The notes below the pieces were generated by a model. It made no database searches. It had not been told where the DNA came from and was given only the letters and a program-made list of their open reading frames with translations. Positions 18,628 through 28,209 of a DNA stretch of 32,420 nt are shown here, piece after piece; position 1 is the stretch's first letter; the number at the start of each line of letters is the position of its first letter. The translations under genes and the position numbers were made by a program. Origin of the DNA: an uncultured Collinsella sp. (GTDB taxonomy: Bacteria > Actinomycetota > Coriobacteriia > Coriobacteriales > Coriobacteriaceae); NCBI GenBank assembly GCA_900552875.1, contig USCS01000001.1, positions 1 through 32,420 of the forward strand, read 5' to 3'.

Positions 18628-19836
18628 CTATTCGACATCCGACCCCTCCCCCATCAGCCATCGGGCGAGGTCGACCACCTTAATCCCCTCATAATCAACA
18701 GCCTCGTGCTTTGTTCGCGCAATGACCATCTTGGGATACGCATCACGTATCGCAAGCAGAGGTGCCACTTCGCGCTCAAAGGTTTCCTGACGCGAAATGT
18801 CATCGCTAACTTGGATATACACTCGCTCATCGCGACGAATTGCCACGAAGTCGATTTCCTTCTTATAAAGCACCCCGATATAGATTTCCCAACCGCGTCT
18901 TAGGAGCTCTAAAGCGACCATATTTTCATATACATGCCCGAAGTCGAGTTTTTTAGCTCCAAGTTTTGCGTATCTGATTGCATGATCCGATAAATAGTAT
19001 TTATCACCCGAAGCGAGGTACTTTTTACCGCCTACGTCATAGCGGCGCACTCGATAGAACGCAAAGGCCTGGCATAAAAATCCGAGGTACTGGGCGAGCG
19101 TTGCCACGGAAACGCGCGTTCCGGCAGCATCCAGCGCAGCCGCAATCCCACTAACAGAAGATATGTTACCGATATTGTCCATTAGGAAATCGCATGCACG
19201 TTCTAGTTGCACTTTGTTACGAACCCCATGCTTTTCTTCCACATCACGCAAAACCAAGACATCTAGCACGTTCGCAATATATCGATAGCGAGCTCGCTCG
19301 CTAGGATACAAATACGAGCCAGGCATTCCGCCCTCTCTCAAATATCGGTCAAGCGCTTCGTCCGGGTTATGAATTCCGTGATATGTCGAAAACTCAAGCA
19401 ACGAGAACGGAAATACTTCGACCTCATATGTCCGCCCGCGAAAAAGCGTCGCCAAGTCACTCGAAAGCAAGAAAGCGTTGGAGCCAGTAACGTAGATATC
19501 GTATTTACCCGATGCATGAAGGCTGTTGACCGCTTTTTCGAACCCAACGCAAGTTTGCACCTCATCAATCATCACAATGTTATCGAGGCCCTCGCAATAG
19601 CTTTCCTCAACGTAGCGATGCAATGCTCGATAATCCGTTAGTTCCTCGAATTCGAGGAGATTGAAATTGATGCGGATAATATTGGCATCGGGGCCGGCCT
19701 CACGAATGCGATCGGCAAGAGCTTCCAGTAGAACAGATTTGCCGCACCTACGAATGCCGGTAATAACCTTGATGTCCGGCGTTCCCTTAGCGCCAAGAAG
19801 CGCTTCCATATATTGAGGACGTTCGATAATCTTCAT
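18628..19836 (-). CDS. AAA+ ATPase with C-terminal DUF4143 domain
   Basis: Walker A GIRRCGKS, Walker B IDEVQ, TGSNA, GGMP, ENMVALEL, EIDFV...YIQVS; less GC-rich than neighbouring genes. Confidence 0.88.
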   Translation of the reverse strand: MKIIERPQYMEALLGAKGTPDIKVITGIRRCGKSVLLEALADRIREAGPDANIIRINFNLLEFEELTDYRALHRYVEESYCEGLDNIVMIDEVQTCVGFEKAVNSLHASGKYDIYVTGSNAFLLSSDLATLFRGRTYEVEVFPFSLLEFSTYHGIHNPDEALDRYLREGGMPGSYLYPSERARYRYIANVLDVLVLRDVEEKHGVRNKVQLERACDFLMDNIGNISSVSGIAAALDAAGTRVSVATLAQYLGFLCQAFAFYRVRRYDVGGKKYLASGDKYYLSDHAIRYAKLGAKKLDFGHVYENMVALELLRRGWEIYIGVLYKKEIDFVAIRRDERVYIQVSDDISRQETFEREVAPLLAIRDAYPKMVIARTKHEAVDYEGIKVVDLARWLMGEGSDVE

Positions 19837-20088
19837 ATCATCACCGTTCTATTAAATAAAAGCTCTTCTGATTCGTTTTTGTTTAGTATATATGAGGTTC
19901 TACTAAATGGAATCAAATATCTATTGATTTCATTCAGCTATTTTTTCCAATATCGTATTATCAGTCTATATACTCCGAACGATTGTTCGATGGATTTCGT
20001 GTTGGTTGGAATCGCCTATGGGCTGGGCTATGCTACTTTGACTATCTATATGACTTAAACGCAGCAAAGGAGCACCGAGAGAGCGAGT

Positions 20089-22086
20089 ATGGCAAAAAAC
20101 ACCGCAAACTATGGTAACGACAGTATCCGCCAGCTCAAGGACGAGGAGCGCGTACGCCTGCGTCCCGCCGTCATCTTTGGCTCGGACGGACTCGATGGCT
20201 GCGCGCATGCCGCCTTCGAGATTCTGTCCAACGCCGTTGACGAGGCGCGCCAGGGCTACGGCAAGCTCATCACCCTTACCGCCTTTCGCGATGGTTCCAT
20301 TCAGGTAGAGGACAACGGCCGCGGCTGCCCGCTCGACTGGAACCCCTCCGAGAAGCGCTTTAACTGGGAACTCGTCTTTTGCGAGCTCTACGCCGGCGGC
20401 AAATACAACAATAACCAGGGCGGCGACTACGACTTCTCGCTCGGCACCAACGGCCTGGGCTCATGCGCAACCCAGTACGCCTCCGAATACATGGACGTCA
20501 CGGTTTGGCGCGACGGCAACAAGTACTCCCTGCACTTTAAGAAGGGCAAGGTCGTCGGTGCCAAAAAGAAGGCACTCGAGATTGAGCCCAGCGACGAGGA
20601 TCGCACCGGCACCACCATTAAGTGGCGTCCCGATCTTGAGGTCTTTACCTCCATCAGCATCCCCCACGACTGGTATCGCGAGACCATGCGCCGCCAGGCC
20701 GTGGTCAACGCCAACGTGACCTTCCGCCTGCGCATCGAGGGCGACGATGGCGAGTTTTCCGAAGAGGATTTTTGCTATCCCAAGGGCATCGAAGACTACG
20801 TGCTCGAGAAGGTCGGCACCGACTACCTCACCGAGCCTTTCTTTATCGAGGCCGACCGTCGAGGTCGCGACCGCGAGGACCTGCCCGACTACAACGTGAA
20901 GATTACCGCGTGCATGTGCTTCTCGCGCACCTTCATGATGCAGGAGTACTACCACAACTCATCGTGGCTCGAGAATGGCGGCTCGCCCGAGAAGGCCGCC
21001 CGCAGCGCTCTGACCAGCGCCATCGATGCCTACATTAAGCAACAGGGCAAGTACAACAAAAACGAGAGCGGCATCAAATGGCAGGACGTCCAGGACTGCC
21101 TGGTTCTGGTGACTAACTGCTTCTCCACCCAGACGTCCTACGAAAACCAAACCAAGAAGGCTATTAATAACCGCTTTATCCAGCAGGCTATGACGGCCTT
21201 CTTTAAGGAGCGCCTCTCGACCTACTTGATCGAGAACAAGGACGCCGCCAATAAGATCATGGAGCAGGTGCTCATCAACAAGCGCTCGCGCGAGAACGCC
21301 GAAAAGACGCGCCAGAGCATCAAGACCAACCTGCAGCAAAAGACCGACATGGCCAACCGCGTGCAGAAGTTCATCGACTGCCGCTCCAAGGACAAGAGCC
21401 GCCGCGAGATCTACATCGTAGAGGGCGACTCGGCAGCGGGCGCCATTCGCACGTCGCGCGATGCCGAGTTCCAGGGCGTTATGCCCGTCCGCGGTAAGAT
21501 CCTCAACTGCCTGAAGGAGGACTATCCGCGCATCTTTAAGTCCGACATCATCATGGACCTTATGCGTGTGCTGGGCTGCGGCGTGGAGATCAAAGACAAG
21601 CGCATCAAGAACCTCGGCGCCTTTGACCTGGACAACCTCAACTGGAACAAGGTCATCATCTGTACGGACGCCGACGTCGACGGTTATCACATCCGCACGC
21701 TCGTGCTCACCATGCTCTATCGCCTGGTGCCCACGCTTATCGACGAGGGCTACGTGTATATCGCCGAATCGCCGCTCTACGAGATCAACTGCAAAGAGAA
21801 GACCTACTTTGCCTACACCGAGCTCGAGAAGAACGGCATCCTCAAGGAGATTGGCGACCAAAAGTGCTCCATCAACCGCTCCAAGGGTCTTGGCGAGAAC
21901 GACCCGGACATGATGTGGCTCACCACCATGAACCCCGAGACGCGTCGCCTGATCAAGGTGGAGCCCGAGGACGTCACCAAGATGGAAACCATGTTCAACC
22001 TGTTGCTGGGCAACGACGAAGCGGGCCGCAAGCGCCATATCTCCGAGCACGGCAAGGAATACCTGGACCAGCTGGACCTGCAGTAG
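20089..22086 (+). CDS. Type IIA DNA topoisomerase subunit B (GyrB/ParE-like, atypical)
   Basis: GHKL motifs EILSNAVDE, DNGRG, AGGKY; TOPRIM motifs VEGDSA, PVRGKILN, DADVDG; KGLGE; RBS AAGGAG. Confidence 0.92.
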   Translation: MAKNTANYGNDSIRQLKDEERVRLRPAVIFGSDGLDGCAHAAFEILSNAVDEARQGYGKLITLTAFRDGSIQVEDNGRGCPLDWNPSEKRFNWELVFCELYAGGKYNNNQGGDYDFSLGTNGLGSCATQYASEYMDVTVWRDGNKYSLHFKKGKVVGAKKKALEIEPSDEDRTGTTIKWRPDLEVFTSISIPHDWYRETMRRQAVVNANVTFRLRIEGDDGEFSEEDFCYPKGIEDYVLEKVGTDYLTEPFFIEADRRGRDREDLPDYNVKITACMCFSRTFMMQEYYHNSSWLENGGSPEKAARSALTSAIDAYIKQQGKYNKNESGIKWQDVQDCLVLVTNCFSTQTSYENQTKKAINNRFIQQAMTAFFKERLSTYLIENKDAANKIMEQVLINKRSRENAEKTRQSIKTNLQQKTDMANRVQKFIDCRSKDKSRREIYIVEGDSAAGAIRTSRDAEFQGVMPVRGKILNCLKEDYPRIFKSDIIMDLMRVLGCGVEIKDKRIKNLGAFDLDNLNWNKVIICTDADVDGYHIRTLVLTMLYRLVPTLIDEGYVYIAESPLYEINCKEKTYFAYTELEKNGILKEIGDQKCSINRSKGLGENDPDMMWLTTMNPETRRLIKVEPEDVTKMETMFNLLLGNDEAGRKRHISEHGKEYLDQLDLQ

Positions 22087-22131
22087 CAGCAAATCGATAA
22101 CGACGGCCCATAAGAAGTTCAAGAGGATATC

Positions 22132-24372
22132 GTGGCAAAGAAGAAGACGAAGAACCAGCCCAAGAAAAAGCAGGTCAACGCCGAGAACGTCATCGGCCTG
22201 CACTCCGAGGTCACCGACCAGCCGATCACGCAGACGCTCGAGGTCAACTACATGCCCTACGCCATGAGCGTCAACGTCTCGCGTGCGTTCCCCGAGATCG
22301 ACGGCTTTAAGCCCTCGCACCGCAAGCTGCTCTACACCATGTACAAGATGGGTCTGCTCAAGGGCGAGCGCCAGAAGAGCGCCAACATCGTGGGCCAGAC
22401 CATGAAGCTCAATCCGCACGGCGATGCCGCGATCTACGAGACGATGGTGCGCCTGGCAACCGGCAACGAGGCGTTGCTCGCACCGTTCGTTGAGTCGAAG
22501 GGCAACTTTGGCAAGTACTATTCGGGCGACCTGAGCTACGCCGCTTCGCGTTATACCGAAGCCAAGCTCTCCCCCATCAGCGCCGAGATCTTCAAGGACA
22601 TCGACAAGGACCCGGTCGACTTCGTCGACAGCTACGACGGTGCCATGAAGGAGCCGCGCCTGCTGCCCACCACGTTCCCCAACATCCTTGTCTCGGCCAA
22701 CAAGGGCATCGGCGTCGCCATGGCGTCCGACATCTGCGGCTTCAACCTCAACGAGGTCTGCACCGCCACGATGCACTACCTGCAGGATCCCGATTGCGAC
22801 CTGCTCGAGTACATGCCCATGCCCGACTTCTCGACCGGCGGCGAGATTATCTATCGCCGCGAGGAGATGGAGAAGATCGTCGAGACCGGCCTGGGCAGCT
22901 TCCAGATTCGCTCCCGCTGGCGTTGGATTCCCGAAGAGCGCATCATCGAGGTCTACGAGATCCCCTACACCACCAAGACCGATGTCATCATCGAGCGCAT
23001 CGTCAAGCTCTCCAAAGAGGGCAAGGTCAAGGAGATCGCTGACATCCGCGACGAAACCGACCTCTCGGGCTTGCGCATCGCCATCGACCTTAAGCGCGGC
23101 GTCGACCCCGACAAGCTCATGGCCAAGCTCTATCGCTCGACCACGCTGCAGGATTCGTTCTCGTGCAACTTCAACGTGTTGGTCGATGGTTACCCTCGCG
23201 TTATGGGCGTGCGTCAGATCCTGCACGAGTGGGTCAAGTGGCGTATTGAGTCCACGCGTCGCCGCATTAACTTTGACCTGGGAAAAAAGTCCGAGCGCCT
23301 GCACCTGTTGCACGGCCTCGAGGCGATCCTGCTCGACATCGACAAGGCGATCGCCATCATCCGTGGCACCAAGCTCGAGGCCGAGGTCGTGCCCAACCTT
23401 ATGCGCGGCTTCGACATCGACGAGACCCAGGCCGAGTTTGTTGCCGAGCTCAAGCTCCGCAACATCAACGAGGAGTACATCCTCAACCGCACCAAGGACA
23501 TCGCCAAGCTTGAGGGCGAGATTGCCGAGCTTGAGGAGATCCTCTCCAGCGAGGAGAACATCAAGAAGGTCATCAGCGACGAGCTGGCCGCGGTCAACAA
23601 GAAGTATGTGATGCCGCGCCGCACGGGCAGGATCGAACCCCATGAGGTTATCGAGGTAAGCTTGGAGCCCGAGGTCGAGGAGTACCCGGTCACCATCATG
23701 CTCTCGCGCGACGGCTACCTTAAGAAGATGACGGACCGCGTGCTCAAGAAGGCGACCACGCTCAAGTACAAGGACGGCGACAGACCCTTTATCGAGTTCC
23801 CGTCCTCCAACACCCACGAGCTGCTGGTCTTTACCAACAAGAGCCAGGTGTACAAGTGCAAGGTCGCAGCGTTTGAGGACACCAAGTCGGCCCAGCTGGG
23901 CTCGTACCTGCCGACCGATCTTGAGATGGAACCCGACGAGAGCGTCATCTGGGTCATCGACCCCGAGGACTATAAGGCCGACGTGCTGTTTGTCTTTGAG
24001 AACGGCCGCGTGGTGCGTGTCGCACTTTCTGGATACGTCACCAAGACCAACCGCAAGCGCCTCAAGAACGCCATCTACGGCGGCAGCAAGCTGCTGTATG
24101 CCCAGGTGCTCAAGGAAGACCGCGACATCGCACTGGTCTCGAGCGACTATCGTTTGATGAACTTCAACACGTCGTTGCTCAAGACCAAGACGACTACCAA
24201 CACGCAGGGCGTCCAGGCCTTTACCGCCAAGAAGGGCCGCTCGGTCACCACCGTCGGCACGACCGAGGAGATTCTTGGCGCCGGCGTCTCGGCCGAGAAG
24301 TTCACCGCGCAGAGCCTCCCCTCCGCCGGCGCTCTCATGAAAGAAAACGACATGCCGAGTTTGTTTGACTAG
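22132..24372 (+). CDS. Type IIA DNA topoisomerase subunit A (GyrA/ParC-like, short CTD)
   Basis: DGFKPSHRK, KSANIVG, PHGDAAIYE, GNFG, catalytic AASRYTE; GTG start. Confidence 0.92.
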   Translation: MAKKKTKNQPKKKQVNAENVIGLHSEVTDQPITQTLEVNYMPYAMSVNVSRAFPEIDGFKPSHRKLLYTMYKMGLLKGERQKSANIVGQTMKLNPHGDAAIYETMVRLATGNEALLAPFVESKGNFGKYYSGDLSYAASRYTEAKLSPISAEIFKDIDKDPVDFVDSYDGAMKEPRLLPTTFPNILVSANKGIGVAMASDICGFNLNEVCTATMHYLQDPDCDLLEYMPMPDFSTGGEIIYRREEMEKIVETGLGSFQIRSRWRWIPEERIIEVYEIPYTTKTDVIIERIVKLSKEGKVKEIADIRDETDLSGLRIAIDLKRGVDPDKLMAKLYRSTTLQDSFSCNFNVLVDGYPRVMGVRQILHEWVKWRIESTRRRINFDLGKKSERLHLLHGLEAILLDIDKAIAIIRGTKLEAEVVPNLMRGFDIDETQAEFVAELKLRNINEEYILNRTKDIAKLEGEIAELEEILSSEENIKKVISDELAAVNKKYVMPRRTGRIEPHEVIEVSLEPEVEEYPVTIMLSRDGYLKKMTDRVLKKATTLKYKDGDRPFIEFPSSNTHELLVFTNKSQVYKCKVAAFEDTKSAQLGSYLPTDLEMEPDESVIWVIDPEDYKADVLFVFENGRVVRVALSGYVTKTNRKRLKNAIYGGSKLLYAQVLKEDRDIALVSSDYRLMNFNTSLLKTKTTTNTQGVQAFTAKKGRSVTTVGTTEEILGAGVSAEKFTAQSLPSAGALMKENDMPSLFD

Positions 24373-24408
24373 GACGACGGCAACGAGATCGTTAGACACT
24401 TCGCAAAG

Positions 24409-24460
24409 CGACGAGGCCCGGAACGCAACGGCATTGCGCCCGGGACTCGTCGTTTTTCTT
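24409..24460 (+). terminator. Intrinsic terminator after the topoisomerase genes
   Basis: CGACGAGGCCCGG...CCGGGACTCGTCG followed by TTTTTCTT. Confidence 0.7.
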
Positions 24461-24554
24461 CTCAACTATTTTTTAACGCAGATAAATTGATTTCTGCTTA
24501 TTTTTCTGCGTAAAAAATGTCAGCGCCACTGCTTCGATGCCCTTTGGTCAGTCG

Positions 24555-24609
24555 TTAGCAAAACTTGCAAAAATTAGCAAAACTTGCAAAAATTAGCAAA
24601 ACTTGTAAA
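24555..24609. repeat. 19-bp tandem repeat (nearly 3 copies) abutting the RBS of the ATPase gene
   Basis: TTAGCAAAACTTGCAAAAA at 24555 and 24574, and TTAGCAAAACTTGTAAA at 24593. Confidence 0.9.
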
Positions 24610-24618
24610 GGAGCTACC

Positions 24619-25713
24619 ATGGAGTACAGCAAGAACCCCTTTACCCCAACATTTGGAAGCGTCCCTCCCTTTCTAGCGGGTCGCGAGCATATCCTGCGTG
24701 ACATCAACCGTGGCTTTATCAACGGCCCGGGAGATCCCAACCTGTCGACTATTTTTACGGGCGCAAGGGGAACGGGCAAGACGGCGCTTCTCTCGCTCCT
24801 TTCAGAAACGGCGCTTGAACACGGCTGGATCGCAGCAAATGTCTCCGCCATGCCAGGCATGCTCGAAGATATTATCGAGCGAACCAAAGAAGCCGCAGAT
24901 AGCTATCTCTCACAGCCTCACGCGCGCATAAACGGCGTTCAAATTGGTCCAGTGGGCATCGATTGGACATATGCTCAAGAAGCCCAGGGCAACTGGCGCA
25001 CACGCATGAATGGTATCTTTAAGCAACTCGAAAAACATGACATCGGACTTCTCATCACCATCGATGAAGTCACCGTCGATCTCGAAGAAATGCTTCAATT
25101 TGCCTCTGTTTACCAGCACTTTGTACGCGAAGGTAAAAAAGTTGCCCTACTCATGGCAGGACTGCCCTACAAAGTATCGGCGTTGCTGCGTAACGATTCC
25201 GTCTCGTTCCTCAGGCGTTCCCAATATCATCAGTTAGGACGAATCACTGACGTTGAAATTGCAAACGCGTTTCGCAAAACCGTTGAGGCCGGAGGACGTT
25301 CAATCACACCGGAAGCGCTCGAGGATGCCGTGAAGGCCGTCGACGGATTCCCCTACATGATGCAGCTCGTCGGATATCGCACATGGGATGTTTCGGAGAA
25401 CTCACCCAAAATCAGCGCACCTGATGTCCAGCAGGGTTCTCTGCTTGCCCGCATGGAGCTGCGCGATCGAATTCTCGAAACGACCTATCGGGAGCTTTCC
25501 GATAAAGACATTGAGTTTTTGCTCGCGATGCTGCCCGATTCTGGCCCCAGCAGGGTCTCGGAGATAGCCAAACGCATGGGCGTCGCCAGCAACTACGCAA
25601 GCCAATACAAACGCCGCCTCCTGGAGGACGGCGTCATTGGAGAGCGCGGGCGTGGTCTCGTTGGCTTTGACATTCCCGCGTTCAGGGAATTCTTGAACGA
25701 GAAGGCGTTTTAG
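24619..25713 (+). CDS. AAA-type ATPase with probable C-terminal winged helix
   Basis: NPFTPTFG...LAGRE, Walker A GARGTGKT, Walker B ITIDE, GFPY; C-terminal SEIAKRMG...YKRRLLEDGVI; ATG 24619 after AAAGGAG. Confidence 0.85.
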   Translation: MEYSKNPFTPTFGSVPPFLAGREHILRDINRGFINGPGDPNLSTIFTGARGTGKTALLSLLSETALEHGWIAANVSAMPGMLEDIIERTKEAADSYLSQPHARINGVQIGPVGIDWTYAQEAQGNWRTRMNGIFKQLEKHDIGLLITIDEVTVDLEEMLQFASVYQHFVREGKKVALLMAGLPYKVSALLRNDSVSFLRRSQYHQLGRITDVEIANAFRKTVEAGGRSITPEALEDAVKAVDGFPYMMQLVGYRTWDVSENSPKISAPDVQQGSLLARMELRDRILETTYRELSDKDIEFLLAMLPDSGPSRVSEIAKRMGVASNYASQYKRRLLEDGVIGERGRGLVGFDIPAFREFLNEKAF

Positions 25714-25822
25714 CACGCCGGAATTGTCCGCGGAAGCATCAACGCATGGCAATCAGCATTCCTCTTGGTAAGGATAGCAAGCATTTTCCACCAACACCGA
25801 TTGCCATGCGTTCTTCTTGTCC

Positions 25823-26353
25823 TTAGGCGAGCTTGCGAGCGAGCTCTCGCACCTCTTCCAGCTTGGGCGAGGAGGCCATGCTGTCGCGCTCGGTCATACC
25901 GCTGATGGTGACAATGCCCTGGTCCTCCCACTTGCAGTATGCGCAGGCTGACTTGTACATGGCGATCGCCGCGTCATAGACACCCTCGCTGTGACTATCG
26001 AGCAAAAGGGCCGTCTTGGTGAACGGGAATCCCGTGGCACCGAAGGCGTACAGGCGGTCGATGGCGGCCTTCTCCTGCGCGGTGATATCAAACCAATAGA
26101 TAGGCGAGGCGAAGACGACCATATCTGCGTCTTTCAGCGACTCGATCACGTCGGCCATGTCATCCTTCTGCACGCAGACGCCCTCATGGGCGAAGCAGTA
26201 CTGGCATCCCAAGCAGCCGGCGATCTTTTTGCCGGCAACGCGGACGACCTCGACCGCATGGCCGGCCTCGCGCGCGGTCTCGGCAAACGCCTCGACCATG
26301 GTGTCGGTATTGGCGCCCTTACGCGGACTACCGCTCAATACAACGATTTTCAT
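25823..26353 (-). CDS. Flavodoxin family / iron-sulfur flavoprotein
   Basis: GSPRKGANT FMN loop; CLGCQYC...C; ASPIYW; RBS AAGGAGAGG. Confidence 0.9.
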   Translation of the reverse strand: MKIVVLSGSPRKGANTDTMVEAFAETAREAGHAVEVVRVAGKKIAGCLGCQYCFAHEGVCVQKDDMADVIESLKDADMVVFASPIYWFDITAQEKAAIDRLYAFGATGFPFTKTALLLDSHSEGVYDAAIAMYKSACAYCKWEDQGIVTISGMTERDSMASSPKLEEVRELARKLA

Positions 26354-26673
26354 AGGATTCCCTCTCCTTCATGCCGCAGGCGCGCGGCACACATTTCGTT
26401 GTAACCAAAACAGATGGAGCTATTCAGTCGTCCGCAGACCACATCTCTTGTTCGTGCTCTCTAGACACAATCTCATTGCCTGACAACTCGTTAACTGTCT
26501 TGATTCTCTCTCCGAGAATTGAACAGCAAATCGTTGGCCGCAAAGTGTCGACTGTGGGAAAATTAACTAGAGCTTTCTCCTGCTCGCGTGAGCGTTCGCG
26601 TGTATGAGCCTGGCCGAATCGGGTAGGCGCAATATAGATCCACGGAAACCGGCCTACGAACAAGGAGCGCCTT

Positions 26674-27558
26674 ATGTATGGACAGCATGTTGCACCGCAA
26701 ACCCATAACAAACGCACTGGCCTGTCTATCCGCAACGTCAAGCTTCATGCAGGCGCCAGAGTCGTCGCCTATGGAGTAAGCATTCTTATGACAGGACAGC
26801 TTTTGCTACCCTGCGCAGCACTGGCGACCGAAATGCCCGAACCCGATGTCGCATTACCCATCACCTGCGAAGAAGTCAACGCGGAAGGCAGCCTCACAGC
26901 AACCACCGTCGTCGATCATTACTACGATTTGGAGCTACCCCCTGCTTTCGAGTTGGTCCAGAACGAGGCTCTTGTATACGATTTTCCCGACAAACCCGAG
27001 GACTTCATCTACGGGCTTAACGACACCGTCCATCTCTTCAAGATCGACACCGATACCGAAAGCCTTATAAAAACCGAGAACCCCAAAGAGGTCAGCGTCT
27101 CTATTGCCCTGACCATGATCGACAATCACGTTAGAGCAACCGTAGTCTTTACAGGCAGTTACGCCGACGACCAAATCCCTTACAGGCTGGACCTCAACAG
27201 CTCAACCTACCTTGGCGCACACGTTGACCGTGACTTCGACAGCGGGCAGGGGATTAGGCACGAAACGCGGCACGATTACTACATCCGTTACGTCTTCGAC
27301 AGTGACGTGCACTTGTTTGCAACCGATACGAGCGGTTCCAAACCCGAACCGGAAACCAAGCCCGAGCCCACACCGCAGCCCAATGCAAAAAAGCCCACGG
27401 CAAATCCCGTTTCCACCAAGGCAGTAGCGGCAGTTAAACCAGCCGGGGCCACCCTACCCGCGACGGGCGACAACGGTGCGATGGCAGCCGCCCTGAGTGT
27501 TGCCGGTGCTGTAGTTGCGGCAGTTGGCATTTCTGCAACAAGGCGTCGCAACCGCTAG
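26674..27558 (+). CDS. LPXTG cell-wall-anchored protein
   Basis: RBS AAGGAG; signal-like N-terminus; KPEPETKPEP linker; LPATGD, hydrophobic helix and RRRNR tail. Confidence 0.85.
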   Translation: MYGQHVAPQTHNKRTGLSIRNVKLHAGARVVAYGVSILMTGQLLLPCAALATEMPEPDVALPITCEEVNAEGSLTATTVVDHYYDLELPPAFELVQNEALVYDFPDKPEDFIYGLNDTVHLFKIDTDTESLIKTENPKEVSVSIALTMIDNHVRATVVFTGSYADDQIPYRLDLNSSTYLGAHVDRDFDSGQGIRHETRHDYYIRYVFDSDVHLFATDTSGSKPEPETKPEPTPQPNAKKPTANPVSTKAVAAVKPAGATLPATGDNGAMAAALSVAGAVVAAVGISATRRRNR

Positions 27559-27849
27559 CCAGCATTTCGTACCCCGCAGACAAAGCTCTATCCCCGCTCC
27601 GATGAGCTTTACTCACCGAGAAGTTTCTTCCCCACGGAAATGAGCTTTTTCCAACGGTCGCCTTCAGGCCATTAACGCCCCGCGAAACCGACGAAACAGA
27701 CTGTGCCGAACCGCCATCGAGTTCTGCCCCATCGCAAACAGCGTCGACGGCGTCTTCTGGCAACATTTTTGGTCTCCATAGCTCCGATTCGGCAAGGCCC
27801 AGTCTCCGCTCGATCTCGAGCAAGACTTGTAAGGAGTCCTCGGTCAAGA

Positions 27850-28209
27850 TCAACTACGGAAATCGTGACGAGCCGATACCGCTCGCAAGCCTCCTTCGGA
27901 ATAGATGTTGAGCAGTTCCTGGGCGTGGGCGAACTCGGGCCCCCGTCTCCAACCGAGCAGGCGGTTGACCGCGAGATTTCCCTGAACGCTGTGGACAAAG
28001 AGCAGATAGGCGTCCTCGCGCGAAAGCCCGGCCTTCTCCATGATCGAGGGGACCATCTGCTCCGCGCCGCGCTCGATAACGCGCTGGGCCACGCGGGCGT
28101 ACGCGTCGTCATCCGAGTAGAGCAGATAATAGTCATCGTTTGCCGGCGGGCGCTGGCAGAGGGCATCCGCCTCCGTTCCTTCGAGCGGGGCACGGACGGG
28201 CGACGGTGC
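27850..28209 (-). pseudogene. 5'-truncated gene remnant, possibly the C-terminal half of a TetR-family regulator
   Basis: Open frame of 119 codons plus stop (…LCQRPPANDDYYLLYSDD…LFVHSVQGNLAVNRLLGW…GGLRAV) starting right after the upstream gene's stop; no HTH and no good start. The TetR assignment is from recollection only. Confidence 0.4.

Noticed and set aside
20959..24465. 1168-aa minus-strand ORF
   Set aside because: Antisense shadow of the topoisomerase genes.
24555..24609. CRISPR array
   Set aside because: Units are contiguous with no spacers and there are no cas genes.
27434..27853. 139-aa minus-strand ORF with a faint LysR-HTH-like stretch
   Set aside because: Similarity too weak, no RBS, and it overlaps the LPXTG gene end.
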